A stretch of 64,000 nt of DNA, from NCBI GenBank assembly GCA_013416795.1, contig RQSC01000029.1, forward strand, positions 8,748 to 72,747. The letters are read 5' to 3'. The position numbers and the translations under genes are program-made. A model generated the notes under the pieces. It was not told the DNA's origin. It saw only the letters and a program-made list of their open reading frames with translations, and did not search any database. This DNA comes from Prasinococcaceae sp. CCMP 1430 (Eukaryota > Plantae > Prasinodermophyta). Positions 1 to 11,800 of this stretch are shown here, piece after piece; within the stretch, counting starts at the first letter, position 1; the number at the start of each line of letters is the position of its first letter.

Positions 1-116
1 AGGGCCTGGCCGCGCCCGGCCTCGACAAGCCCGGCCTCGACAAGTCCAACGCGGCCGGGGGCGCCACGAGCGGCGTGGCCGCTGCGGCGGCAGATAGGAG
101 CCGCTCACAGAAAGGC

Positions 117-1217
117 ATGGCGTCGCCGACGCCCGCGTCACGCAGCGGGGCCCGCAACGGCGCTCACGCGGCGGGGGGCGCCGCGCCCAGCAACGGGGCG
201 AACGGGGCGGCCACGACGCCCGCGAAGGCGCCCGGGTCGGCGGCCAGGCGCAAGAGCAGCGGCTCGCGCTCCAAAGCGCCGGGTACGCCGGCCGGCACCA
301 CCGGCGGCTCCCAGAGCGAGCAGCGCACGCCTGGCAGCACGTGCCGCTACGACAGCTCGCTGGGCCTGCTCACCAAGAAGTTCATCTCGCTCATCGAGGA
401 GGCGGACGACGGGACCCTCGACCTGAACAGAGCGGCGGACATGCTGTCGGTGCAGAAGCGCCGCATCTACGACATCACCAACGTGCTCGAGGGCATCGGG
501 CTCATCGTGAAGAAGTCGAAGAACAACATCCAGTGGAAGGGCATGGGGATGGGGGGGGGCGCCTTGGAAGGGCGGCAAGACATGGCGGGGCTGCAGAAGG
601 ACGTGGAGGGGCTGCATGAGGAGGAGCGCCAGTTAGATGAGGAGATCGCGGCGATGCGCGAGAAGCTGCACCTCTTTTGCGAGGATGGCGCCAACAAGCG
701 CCTGCTGTACGTGCGGCGCGACGACATCGTCGGGCTGCCCGCGTTCGCGGGGGACACGCTCATAGCGATCAAGGCGCCGCACGGAACCACGCTCGAGGTG
801 CCTGACCCCGAGGAGGGCATGGACTACCCGCACAGGCGCTACCAGATGATCATGAAAAGCAGCGACGGGCCCATCGAGCTGCTGCTGCTCGCTGATCCTC
901 AAAACGACGCCAGGCAGCAGCAGCAGCTGTTGCAGGGGCAGCAGCAGCACGCCGGCGCGGCGGGCGCGGCCGACATGGCCGCACCGAGGGAAGTGAAGCG
1001 CGAGACGAGCGACCTGCTTCCCGACGGCATCCCTGGCCTGCCGCCGGCAGAGGCTTTCCTTGACCCCGGCATTGTCGCGCCGACCAGCCCGATGCGTCCT
1101 ATCCGTCCGCACCCTGAGCCTGACGACTACTGGTTCGCGTCCACAGAAGATGGCAAGCCCCACGACGTGAATCTCGCAGAAATGTTTGGCGAGCCCGAAG
1201 ATGCCTTCTTCGGCTGA
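117..1217 (+). CDS. E2F: E2F transcription factor (typical E2F); frame is open to the window edge, so the true start may lie upstream
   Basis: Winged-helix motifs [13 protein letters not shown] and [18 protein letters not shown], coiled coil, marked box ([17 protein letters not shown]), and C-terminal Rb-binding-like DDYWF...LAEMF. Confidence 0.95.
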   Translation: MASPTPASRSGARNGAHAAGGAAPSNGANGAATTPAKAPGSAARRKSSGSRSKAPGTPAGTTGGSQSEQRTPGSTCRYDSSLGLLTKKFISLIEEADDGTLDLNRAADMLSVQKRRIYDITNVLEGIGLIVKKSKNNIQWKGMGMGGGALEGRQDMAGLQKDVEGLHEEERQLDEEIAAMREKLHLFCEDGANKRLLYVRRDDIVGLPAFAGDTLIAIKAPHGTTLEVPDPEEGMDYPHRRYQMIMKSSDGPIELLLLADPQNDARQQQQLLQGQQQHAGAAGAADMAAPREVKRETSDLLPDGIPGLPPAEAFLDPGIVAPTSPMRPIRPHPEPDDYWFASTEDGKPHDVNLAEMFGEPEDAFFG

Positions 1218-1692
1218 GCGCCGCTTCTGATCCGTTGCGAGAGGCGGCCGAGGCCATATGGCGTGCGGCACAAGCACCTGTATCAACACACACAAAACAC
1301 AGACAGACACGCAGCAGCAGCAGCAGCAAGCACGTGCCCTTCGTACAGCGACGAGCGAGCACAACAGAGGCGTACACCCGCAGGATAGGAGTGAGATGCA
1401 CCTGCAGGGACAGGCCGCGAGCGGACAGCACTGGATGTCAGGCTCGAGTGGTTGCGCCACTGTTCTCTGACGAGCGCTTGGATGGCAGACATTCTGATAA
1501 GAAGACCTGTTACACTTGACTTTCGCGGCGCGGCGCGGCGGGGGCGCATGTGTGTCGGGGTGCTGAGAGGCGCGAAGAGGGCGGCGTGGACATAGCGCAG
1601 GAACAGAGAGGGGATCACAAGGTCTTCTTATTGCGACAATCACCGGATCTCTCAGTTCTGTGCAGCTGTTGCTGTACGCAGAGAATGGCGCT

Positions 1693-3398
1693 TTAAGCCG
1701 CGAGCACGGGGTCCTCACCCGGCAGCAGCTGGTAGCTGGGCGTCGACTTGGCGATGGTGAGCTCCTCCTCGTTCATGTCGGCGTTGATGGCCGCGAACAG
1801 CGGGGTGGACATGTAGCGCTCGGCAGTGTCCGGAAGCATGGTCAGGATGACAGAGCCCTTCTCGGCCTTCTCAGCGACTGTGCGTGCGCATGCGCACGAA
1901 GCGGCCGGTCAGAGTTGGTACGGGCCAATGCAAGCGTCAGGCGCAGACAAGCGCGGGCGCACGCGACGGGCGCGGCGTACGGCGCCAACGCACCCTTGAG
2001 CGCCGCCGCGATGGAGCCACCACCGCTGATACCGGTGAAGATACCGTTAGTCGCAGCCAGCTTGAGCGAGCACTGCACGGACTCATCGCCGGTGACAGGC
2101 ACGAGCTCGTCCATGATGTTCAGGTTGAGGCCATCCTCGCACACCCTGAAAGCGACGCAACGCAATCGGGTTGGGGGGGGGGGGGGGGGGAAGAGTCAGA
2201 CGATGCGGAGATGAGGGAGGTGGAGCGGGCGATGACGCGCAGCGGGCTGGGGGCATTGCAGCGCACGTACTTGGGGATGAAATCCGGGGTCCAGCCCTGC
2301 ACGGGGTGCGCAGCGAACGCCGGATGCGACTCCTTGGGAGAGCCATCGGCGTTGCGGTTGGTCTTGATGCCCGATGCAATCAGGCCCGCCGCCTCGGGCT
2401 CGGCCAGAGCGATCTTCGGTGATGCAAGAGGCAGCAGAGGGGAGCGGCGGCGTCAGTTGGTGCGACGAGGGCGAAGATTGCGTGTGCGCGCGCGTGCGCG
2501 TGCGTGTGCGTGTAGGGGCTTTGACGCGACCCCTCCGGTCGTCGGTGGCCCCGGTGTGTCGGAGCGGCGCGTTGCAGGCGGCCCGCGGCGTCCGCAGCGG
2601 CACACACCTTGATGTCAGGGCGCGCGGCCTTGAGCACGCGGCCCACGCCCTGGAACGTGCCACCGGTGCCGTAGCCGGTGACCCAGTAGTCGAGACGCTT
2701 GCCAGCGAAGTCCTTGAGGATCTCAGGGCCGGTCGTGGAAGCATGGTACGCCGGGTTGGCGGCGTTCTCGAACTGGTGGCACAGAAACCAGCCATGCTTC
2801 TCGCACAGCTCCTCGGCCTTGCGCACCATGCCGGTGCCCTTGCCCGCCTTGGGCGTCACGATCACCTTGGCGCCGAGCATGCGCATGATCTTCCTGCGCT
2901 CGACGGAGAACGGCTCAGCCATGCAGATCACGCAGTTGTAGCCGCGCTGCGCGCACACCATCGCAACCGCAATGCCGGTGTTGCCCGAGGTGGCCTCGAC
3001 CACGGTGTCACCGGGCTTGAGCAGGCCCTTCGCCTCGGCATCGCTAATCACGGAGATGGCGAGGCGATCCTTGACGGACGACAGCGGGTTGAAGAACTCG
3101 CACTTGGCGTAGAGGTCCACGCCCTCCGGGGCCAGGCCCTGGAGCTTGACGATGGGCGTGTCGCCGATGGTCTCGGTGATGTCGTTGTAGATCTGCGCGC
3201 TGTGGGGGAGGGGCGGCGGTGCGCGGGATGGGGGTGAGGCGTGCACGGAAAGGCGCATCAGCGCGCCGCACGCGCCGCTGCGTTCGCGGGCGCTGCGCGC
3301 GGGCACGCCGAGGTTCGCACGCAGGCCACCATCTGGCTGCTAGGCGCGGCGGCCGCCTTGGCGGCCGACGCCTTGGACGCGAGCGAGCACACGGACAT
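1693..3398 (-). CDS. cysK: Cysteine synthase / O-acetylserine(thiol)lyase, 5 exons (approx. 3398-3321, 3192-2608, 2413-2271, ~2146-1994, ~1878-1693)
   Basis: PLP-lysine motif KCEFFNPLSSVKDRLA, EATSGNTG, GYGTGGT, GISGGG, LPDTAERYMSTPLF; GT-AG introns restore the frame. Confidence 0.93.
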
Positions 3399-4020
3399 GG
3401 CGAATCGCCGGGGGGAAAGCGCGGCGGGCGGCCGGGGCTCGGGGGTGAGCGGGCTGGCGGGGCGCGATCGGCGCGCGCGCGGGGTACTCTGTGGCACCGC
3501 CACAACAGGGCTCCGGCCTGCACCCCAATATGCCCCAACCACCCAAACAGGGGTCGCCGAAACCGCCAAAGGTGCCTCCATCGCCATCACTTTCCAAGCG
3601 GCCACGCGACCCGGGCGGGCGAGCAACAACACCAACCAACACACGTTGGACACGTGTCCACGTGGGTGAAACGCACGCGGGCTGACCGAGCAGTACTGCA
3701 GTGTGTGTGTCTCTTGTGCGGCATCTTTGATCAACGTGCATTTGCATTGCATATGTAACCCTAATATGTTATGACCCTTACTGGCGCGCCCTAAGCCCTA
3801 ACCTAAAGTCCGGATCGCCGCCGCGCGCGGCGAGTCCGCCGCGCGCGGTGGCGGGAGCCGTGTGCGCGCGCGCGCGCGGCATCGAAGTGCAGTGAGCGGT
3901 GTACTGTACCAGCTACGACCGTCGTCCTCTAGCTAGCTGGCAATGGCAATGCGACGTGGGGTGGTGGTCACCGCGGTCGTTTGACGGCGCAGGTGCGCCG
4001 CGGGCGAGCCCTGAGCTGCG

Positions 4021-5318
4021 TCATCTGAGCTGCTCCACGTTCACGAAGCCGTACTGCCGCTGCAGCTGCTGCAGCTCGAGCTGGTCGACCTCCTCGGCGA
4101 CCTCCTTCCGAGGGAGGACTTTGAGCTTGCCCCGCGGCATCGGCCAGCTGCACGTGTGAACCACTGCCTTGATGTACACGAGTAGCACCACAAAGCCCAT
4201 CAGGATGACGACCAGCGCGATGAAGAGCGCGTCGGACAGCCCTTGGATGAGCGTCGGCCGGCTCTGGGGCGGGGGCGGAGGGGGCGACGGGGGTGAGGGC
4301 GGAGGCGATGGCAGCGGCGGAGGCGATGGGGGCGAGGGCGGCGACGGCGGCTCGGGCAGTGGGATGAGGATCGCAACGTCCGCCTGGCCGGCGAGCGCCG
4401 TGAATCTGCACACTGCCGTCGCGTTGGCAGGGACAACCGCATTGCCGCAGCGTACAGGTGCAGCCGCGGCATCGCTGGGCGATGCAAGCGCCTGCCCCAG
4501 CTCGACCCAGTCTGTCGACCCAGATGCGAGGCTGCTGCACACCATCGGCACCTCCCCAAGCAGCTCAACCAAGTCTTGGGCGGGTCCGCCCTCCATCGCT
4601 CCCTCCTCTGCTGCTGCCGCCGCCGTTGCGAGCGGCAGTCTACGCAGCGCAATGGCGTGCCCAGTGGGAGCGGTGAGGGCCGCGAGTGACTCGAAGGGCT
4701 CGCCCGGCGCGACAGAGAGCTGCGCGTCGACGCTCACGAGCGTCGAGGCAACGGCGGCGCCCGCCCCCGGCAGCGACACTAGGGCTGGAGCGACCAGGCC
4801 ATACCATGAAGGCTGCCAGACAGAAGAAAGGAGTGTGTGTGTGGAGCGGGGGGGAAGGGGGGAGGGCGAGATGGCCGAGTCAGCGGGCAGCACGAATGCG
4901 GGCATGCGCGCGCGTGCGTTTGTGCGCTCACTCGCCGCTCGCATACCTGTGCTGCCTCCTGCGGTGTGTGCGCCGTCGTGAGCGGCGCAAGTGGTGGCGG
5001 CACCGGTGGTAGGCACCTGTACGCCGTGAGCGTTATCCTTAGCGTGCCGTCCGGGGCGGCCGCGAGGAGGGTATCGGTGCTGAGGCCGCCCGCTGTTGCG
5101 CGCGTCACGCGCACGCCGCGGGGCACGCGCAGTGTGACGCCGCCGTCGGCTGCACCGACGTTCACGCCATTGCGGAAGGCGTGGCGTGCGCCGACGTTCA
5201 CGGTGTACGCATCTAGCGTCGTGCCTGCACGCACCGCGTATTCGGGCTCGCCAGCTGTTTCTGCGCGCGCCTGAAGCGCTGCCGACCACGCCACGAGCGC
5301 CACCGCTGCTGCGCGCAT
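4021..5318 (-). CDS. Type I membrane protein with signal peptide, SP/PP-rich (HRGP-like) stalk, one TM helix and short tail; intron 4946-4813
   Basis: Hydrophobic N-terminus MRAAAVALVAWSAALQA, PPSPPSPPSPPP tract, TM ALFIALVVILMGFVVLLVYI; phase-0 GT-AG intron joins the two ORFs. Confidence 0.7.
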
Positions 5319-5731
5319 CGCGGCCGGCGCGCGGCCGGGCGCCTCAGGCGCGCCGCGTCATCCCACGCGTCCAAAGCCCCCTCCCCAACCCCCACCCGCA
5401 CCGCCCACGCGGCGCTCACCCGCCCTCGGCCCTCCGCTTGTCCCGTGGTGTGACGCCCGCCGCACTACGCCGCGGACCGATGCGTCCCGTTGCGCGCGCG
5501 AGTCGCGAACGTTTCTACGATGGTGCATGTACACCTGGGCAGCGCTGCTCACCCCAGGTCTGTGCAGGCATTCCCCGCTCATTTTCGGGATAATGTGCGT
5601 TTGCCAAAAATTTCCCCCTAGGTTTTCTCAGGGGGCACAACTGATACTGTAGCAGCAGACGCGGCGTGCGGCCGGTGCGCGGCAGCGGGCGCCATAGTGC
5701 GCGCGGCGGGCGGGGCGCCCCCCCCCCCACG

Positions 5732-7237
5732 ATGGCGCTCGTTGCGGCGGGGTGGCGGGCGGCGGCTGCTGCCGCAGCGGCGGCAGCGGCGGTCGCGGGG
5801 GGAGCACCAGGGGCAGCGGGGGGGGCGGGGGCAGCCTTTGGGATGGCGGCGCGGCTCCCGCTGCGATATGGGGGAATTCAAAGGGCGCGCCTTGTGCGAC
5901 GAGGGAGCGATATGCTCGCTGCACTGCACTGCTCGCCCTCCGTGGCAGCTTCCATGGCCACGAACGCCCACAGCGCCAGTTCAGGGCTTCCGCCAGCGAT
6001 CCTCTTCCTGGGCCCACCTGGCGTAGGCAAGGGCACGTACGCGGCGCGGGTCGCGTCACACCTGGGCGTGCCGCACGTCGCCGCAGGCGACCTTGTACGC
6101 GACGAGATTGAGAGCGGAACACCGCTGGGGAAGGCCGTCGCCGCGCACATCGCTGACGGAGGCATGCTCCAAGACGAGGAGGTGTTCGAGCTCGTGTCCA
6201 AGCGGCTGGCCACAGGAGACGTCTCTCGCGCCGGCGTGGTCCTTGACGGCTTCCCGCGCTCAGTTCGCCAGGCGCAGATGCTCGAGTCCGCCGCACGCGC
6301 GGATGTCGTCGTCAACCTCGGCATGCGCGAGGAGGCACTCGTCTCGAAGCTGCTCGGACGCGCGACGTGCGCCAACTGCGGCGCGAGCTACAACACCGCC
6401 GAGGTCGACCTGCCGGAGGTCCCTGAGCAGGGGAAGCCTGCGGTGTTTCTGAAATCGTTGCCAATGCCCGAGGCTGGATGCCGCGAGTGTGGACACACCG
6501 AACTTGTGCGCCGAGCTGACGACGACGAGGCGGTCATCTACAAGAGGCTGCGCGCGCACGAGGTTCAGTGCGCTGGCGTTGCCAACCACTACCGCAACAA
6601 GGCGACCAGCGACAGCGACATGCGTGTGGTGGACTTCGAGATCACCTCGGGGATCCCCGAGACGCTGCCACTTCTCATAGACGCAGTGGTGGGTCCGGGC
6701 ACGAAGGTTGGCGTGCCAGCCGGCGACGAGGCCACCGCCGAGGCGGTCAAGAGGGCGCAGGAGGCAGAAGCCGTCGCACCGAGTTCGGGACACCAGGGTA
6801 CTGCAGCGGGGGGCACACAGGCGGCGGCGGCGGCGACAGATGTTGAGCAACAAAACAGTGGCGTGCAAGACAGGACATGGGCGCAAGCGAAGGCACAAGC
6901 GCAACCCGAGGCCGAGCCCGCTCACGAGGACGGTGAGCTGATGTTCGTGTACACATGTGGCCAGTGTGGCACGCGCTCTGCCAAGCGCGTCTCCAAGCGC
7001 TCGTACTTCCACGGTGTAGTGTTGGTGCGATGCGATGGCTGCAAGGCACTGCACCTGGTGGCGGACCGCAAGGGCTGGTTCGACGACAAGCCCATCGGAC
7101 TGGAAGAGCTCGTCGGCGCTGGTGCGACCATACTGCCCAGCGGCGATGTGACGCTATCACCAGATGATGCGGAGCGCGTGAAAGAGGCCATGTCAGTGCC
7201 TCGGCGCAGGCCGGGGACATCAGGGACCAATTCTTAA
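5732..7237 (+). CDS. Organellar adenylate kinase fused to a C-terminal DNL zinc finger (Hep1/Zim17/Tim15-type)
   Basis: GPPGVGKGT P-loop, LDGFPRS, LID with CxxC and RADD; then YTCGQCGTRS...GVVLVRCDGCKALHLVADRKGWF in one uninterrupted ORF. Confidence 0.88.
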   Translation: MALVAAGWRAAAAAAAAAAAVAGGAPGAAGGAGAAFGMAARLPLRYGGIQRARLVRRGSDMLAALHCSPSVAASMATNAHSASSGLPPAILFLGPPGVGKGTYAARVASHLGVPHVAAGDLVRDEIESGTPLGKAVAAHIADGGMLQDEEVFELVSKRLATGDVSRAGVVLDGFPRSVRQAQMLESAARADVVVNLGMREEALVSKLLGRATCANCGASYNTAEVDLPEVPEQGKPAVFLKSLPMPEAGCRECGHTELVRRADDDEAVIYKRLRAHEVQCAGVANHYRNKATSDSDMRVVDFEITSGIPETLPLLIDAVVGPGTKVGVPAGDEATAEAVKRAQEAEAVAPSSGHQGTAAGGTQAAAAATDVEQQNSGVQDRTWAQAKAQAQPEAEPAHEDGELMFVYTCGQCGTRSAKRVSKRSYFHGVVLVRCDGCKALHLVADRKGWFDDKPIGLEELVGAGATILPSGDVTLSPDDAERVKEAMSVPRRRPGTSGTNS

Positions 7238-7442
7238 GCGATCAGCGACAGATGCAATTTTTCCACCCTTTGCTCTGCATTACGTGCGGCGCCAGCAAGA
7301 CGAGAAGGGCGCCCCGGCGACATGCACGCACGCAATCGCACGCACGCGCGCGCGCCATACTGGCAGGCCCCGGCGCCTCTTTGACACGCTGTCTTACGAT
7401 GCTCTTGGTACGGCAGGAACCCGCCGTGGTCCCCCGTTGCTG

Positions 7443-8516
7443 TCATCCTTTGACGATGTCAGTGAAGCTAAGCGCCCGTGACTTGGCTTCGTAGTCTCCT
7501 GTGCCGAGAGCTTGCTTGGTCGCCTGCGTGGCGGCCGCCAGCGTCACCCCAAAGTCCATATATGACGCCTTGGTCTCAAGCCACACAGCATCAAGCGCCT
7601 CGAAAGTGAAGGCATACAGCGAGTCGAAGGCTCGTGCGCCGTGCGCTCCATGGACGGAGAGCTGCTCAGCGAATGCGTGCAGCTCTGGCGATGTCGCGTG
7701 GGCCGGGATGACGGCGCCGCCGGGCTCTGCTGGCGTCTCTGATGCCCCGACGGCAGCGCCGTTGTCAGTGTTTCCCCCCGCCAGCGCTGCCACCAGCGCC
7801 GGGTCGCGCAGGCCCAGCATCGACATCAGAGCGAAGGTGATGTTGACACCCGCCACCGCAAAAGGGTACTCAATGGACGCGCGTGTACCGCGGCTTTTGT
7901 TGAGCAGCGCAGAGAACGCCTGGGGGAAGTGCTGGTGCAGCCCCAGGAGGTTGTCGAGCCCCATCACGCCGCCCCCGCGGAAGTCCGTCGCAGGGTCCTT
8001 CCCCTGCCAGCCCATGTCTTTCCAGCGCTCGCTCGGCCCGCCATCGCTCGGGAGGTCACGGGGGAATGCTGCGGTCCACAACCGGGCCAGAGCGGCGCGA
8101 TGCTCCGGGTTGTCGCCGTCAAACATGACCGCTGATCGCGCCACCAGTCCACGCAGCCTCCCTGCGGCGAGGGCACCGAGCACCAGCGGCTTGCCGCCTC
8201 GGCCCTTGTCCTTGCCGCCGAAGCCGCCCCCCCCTCGCTTGACGACGACGGCGCTCACGTTCGTCACTGCATCCAGGATCTTGCGCCATCCTGCCACGAG
8301 CGCTCTCAGAAGCGCCGCCCACACCTGCTGCTCGCGCTGCGAGCTGTCCGCCTCGCCACCGGCCCGCTCGTCGCCAGCCTGCTCATCTCCCGCGAGCAGC
8401 GGCGCGCGCAGCGCCGCGCCCTCCCCGTTGGCGGCGCCCCTTGGCATCCATCCGTCCTTGTCCCAGTGGCTGCCCCCGCCGCTCCCACGCCTGCGCCTCA
8501 GCCCCCCATCGCCCAT
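7443..8516 (-). CDS. ELMO/CED-12 domain protein (ELMOD family)
   Basis: SERWKDMGWQGKDPATDFRGGG and EYPFAVAGVNIT signatures. Confidence 0.9.
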   Translation of the reverse strand: MGDGGLRRRRGSGGGSHWDKDGWMPRGAANGEGAALRAPLLAGDEQAGDERAGGEADSSQREQQVWAALLRALVAGWRKILDAVTNVSAVVVKRGGGGFGGKDKGRGGKPLVLGALAAGRLRGLVARSAVMFDGDNPEHRAALARLWTAAFPRDLPSDGGPSERWKDMGWQGKDPATDFRGGGVMGLDNLLGLHQHFPQAFSALLNKSRGTRASIEYPFAVAGVNITFALMSMLGLRDPALVAALAGGNTDNGAAVGASETPAEPGGAVIPAHATSPELHAFAEQLSVHGAHGARAFDSLYAFTFEALDAVWLETKASYMDFGVTLAAATQATKQALGTGDYEAKSRALSFTDIVKG

Positions 8517-8841
8517 CGCCGCGCCACGCCACCCACCCCGCCGCGCCGCCTGCGCGCGCGCTCTGGCACCCGACTGGCACCCGCCCCCGGCCCGCCGCAC
8601 CCCCCCACCGCTGCGGCGCGCAGCAGCAGCGCCGCGTGCGCGCGCCCATTCGGCGGGAAAGACCGGCCATCCGAAGAGGGTCCACGGATGTTCGAGAAAA
8701 CCAAGCGTTTTGACCTTAAGTTAACGCGCGAAGTGGTTTAGGGTTCGGACCCTCTGACTGTACGTACAGTAAGAACTTAATTTACACGAATGGGGCGGCA
8801 CTGAGGGTGCGAGGAACGGCTGGCGGTTTGCCCTCAAGCGC

Positions 8842-11800
8842 TCACGAGCCCGAGGCATCCGGCTGCTCTCCTGATTCCGCTTGGCTGCCCTGACGCGACG
8901 ATTCCGTGATGGACGGCATGAGGTCCATCGGGTCAACAGCGCGCAGGTTGAAGTCCGCCGTGTGCTCGGGCGCACTTGCCACGCGCCTGTGTGCCGAGCC
9001 ACCCAGGCTCCTGCCTGACCTCGAGGAGGGTCCCCCTCCGGACTCACCGACCATCCCCAGGCGAGATGAATCGAGGCGGTTGAAGTCGACGTTGGCTGTC
9101 CTGGTGCGCCGGTGCTTGCTCCTCTTCTTCTTCTCGGGGCTAAGAAATTGGAAGGCTTTCGCCATCTGCTGCGCCTCGCCCGCGCTGATGGCGCCGCTCT
9201 GCCTGCGGATGGTGTCGACGACCGTCTCGCGTTGCCACAGAGAACTGAGCGATGCCAGAACGTCTGGATCGGAAGAGCCACGCGACGTCCTGCGGCGGCC
9301 AGGTACGGCGCGCATGTCACGAGCGAATTCGACGTCGCGGAAGTCGCCACTCAGCGAGCCCAGTCGACTGCCGAAGGATGGAACCTTCGGGAGCGATGCG
9401 CCCCTCGAGCGACTCGAGCGACCCGCGCGCACGGGCGATCCAGGCGTCGGTGTCGCCGGAAGCGTTTCCACATTCAGAGGCTTGGTGATGACGCGGCTGT
9501 TGAATGACGGCCACGCCGCACCAGCCGCCACAGCTGAAATCGGTGCCACCGGGGCCACCGGCTCCGAGCTCGCCTCTGCATTGGGCTGTGTGCTACAGTC
9601 GTCGACAGCAGCCTTGACCACAGCCTCGGCACCGTCGCCGCTCTCCTTTGGAGTTTCAGCCCACTTGTTTGCAAGCCAGCCGCTCTCGATTTCCTGCAAG
9701 ATGCCAACGTCGCCAGGGACCAGCAAACGCTTGGCGCCTACGAGGAGCATGTCGGGCAGCAGCGAGGTCACCACGGCGAGCGTGTACACCAACAGCCAAC
9801 CAGGCGCGGTCTCGAGGTACTTCCACATGCCAGCCATATGGGGAAAACGCTGCTGCCAGCCCCACAAGGAGGAGCACGCGTAGAGGAACGGGAACCACAA
9901 CGCAATCGATATCACCACGATGGACGCCCACTGAGGCCACGACCACCTGCACACGATCATGCCGATGCGCACATTCACAACGGTGATGCAGATGGTATAC
10001 GCCACCACGCCGAGGAGCACCACCCCGCCAGACTGCATGCCGTCGTCAGCGGCGACCATACCGGGGTAGACCAAGAAAGGCACGTAGAAGACCACGAGCG
10101 AGTGCCAGAGCGCCAACACTATCCAGCCCGCAAAGCGCGGGAGGTACACGCTACGCATGGCACTAATAGCGACATGATCGTACACCGAGGGTGACTGCAG
10201 CACCGCCTTGTCGGACAGGTCCTTGTCGAAGATTGCCACTGCGATCGTGGGCAAGCTGGTCCAGAACATGTTGTACGTCGAGATCAGCGCCGCGGGATAA
10301 AAGGCCTGCGCCGAGAAGGCACTGTAACACGCGAAGTAGAAATTGGCCATGACGTACACGATGTTCTTGTAGAACGCGTAGCACACGAGGTCGGCGTTGC
10401 GCCGCTGGCTCTGACGGCCATGCACGAGGACCAGACGTTGCAGGTACGCGAACTGCGCCAGCGCAAAGTCAGACGCCAGCACCGCGCTCATGCCCTCTTT
10501 GCCTGAGATACCAACGCCTACGTGCGCGTGCTTGATCATCGGCACATCGTTAGCACCGTCGCCGATCGCCAGCGTTGCCAACCCTTGCGGCGATTTCTCC
10601 TTCACCAGGGAGGTGATGGCCGCCTTTTCGAGTGGGCTCACACGGCAGCACACGACACTTTCGCACTGCGTACACAGCTGATGGAAGAGATCGCGGGAGT
10701 CGTCCCCTAGCAGATGGCGCACCGCCGATCCTTCGATGACCAGGCCGCACGGGGCCACGCTCGTGGTGTCCTCAGGCTGGTCAATGCCTGTCGCTGGATC
10801 TCGCGTGCCGTCGCTCGCCTGTGATAGCCTTGACGGCGACCTCGTGGGAAATCCCGACTCGATGCTGCTCTGCAATTTTTGGAGGAGCCCGTGGTCGGCT
10901 TCGTCCTCGTTCATTATGAATGAACCCGTCGAGCTACACCTCTGTAGCCTTGACGGCGACCTCGTGGGAAACCCCGACGCGATGCTGCTCTGCAATTTTT
11001 GGAGGAGCCCGTGGTCGGCTTCGTCCTCGTTCATTATGAATGAACCCGTCGAGCTACACCTCTGCATCTTGGAGCGGAACCCGTGCTCGCTGTCGTCTTC
11101 GTTCATGATGAATGAGCCGGTCGAGGTACGTGCATCCGATGTACGCGGCACGTCGCTCCAGTCATCGCTGTCGCTCCCCGACGCGGTGTACGCGCCGTAG
11201 GTGGCCGCGGGAGGCGTCCCGAGGTGCGTTTCCGACGGCGCCTTCACCATCTTGCCCCTGCCCTCCGGCGTCCCCTGCTCAACGACATCTTTGCCACAAG
11301 CCAGTGTTGCGGCGCGGGAGGTCTCACGCAGCAAGTTCCGCAGCGCGTCTGCCGGATTGTGGACCACGTCCTCCTCCCTGACGATGACTAGCTTCATCCA
11401 TTCCTTGAGCAGGCTGCAGGTAAGGGCGATGGAGATGGCAGTCTCGAGCTTGTCGCCCGTGAGCATCCATACCTGGATGCCCGCCTCGCGAAGAGCATCG
11501 ATAGTCTCGGGGACGCCCTCTTGCAGTTTGTCTTCCACAGCGGTCGCACCAAGCAGCTCGAGGTTCGTCTCGAGCCGCGCAGCACAAGCGCCCACCTTCT
11601 CCGATCGATTCTCCAGCGACACACTGGCCTCTTTGTACTCCTTAGCCCACTCATTCCATTCTTCCTCGGCGAGCACTCGGCGGCCGACGCAGAGGGTGCG
11701 CAAGCCGAGGCGCGCGTAGGTATACAGGTCCCTTTGTGTGACCTCGAGATGCTCCTGCGCGGGCGCGATGCGTTCGAGGATCACGCTGTCCGCACCCTTG

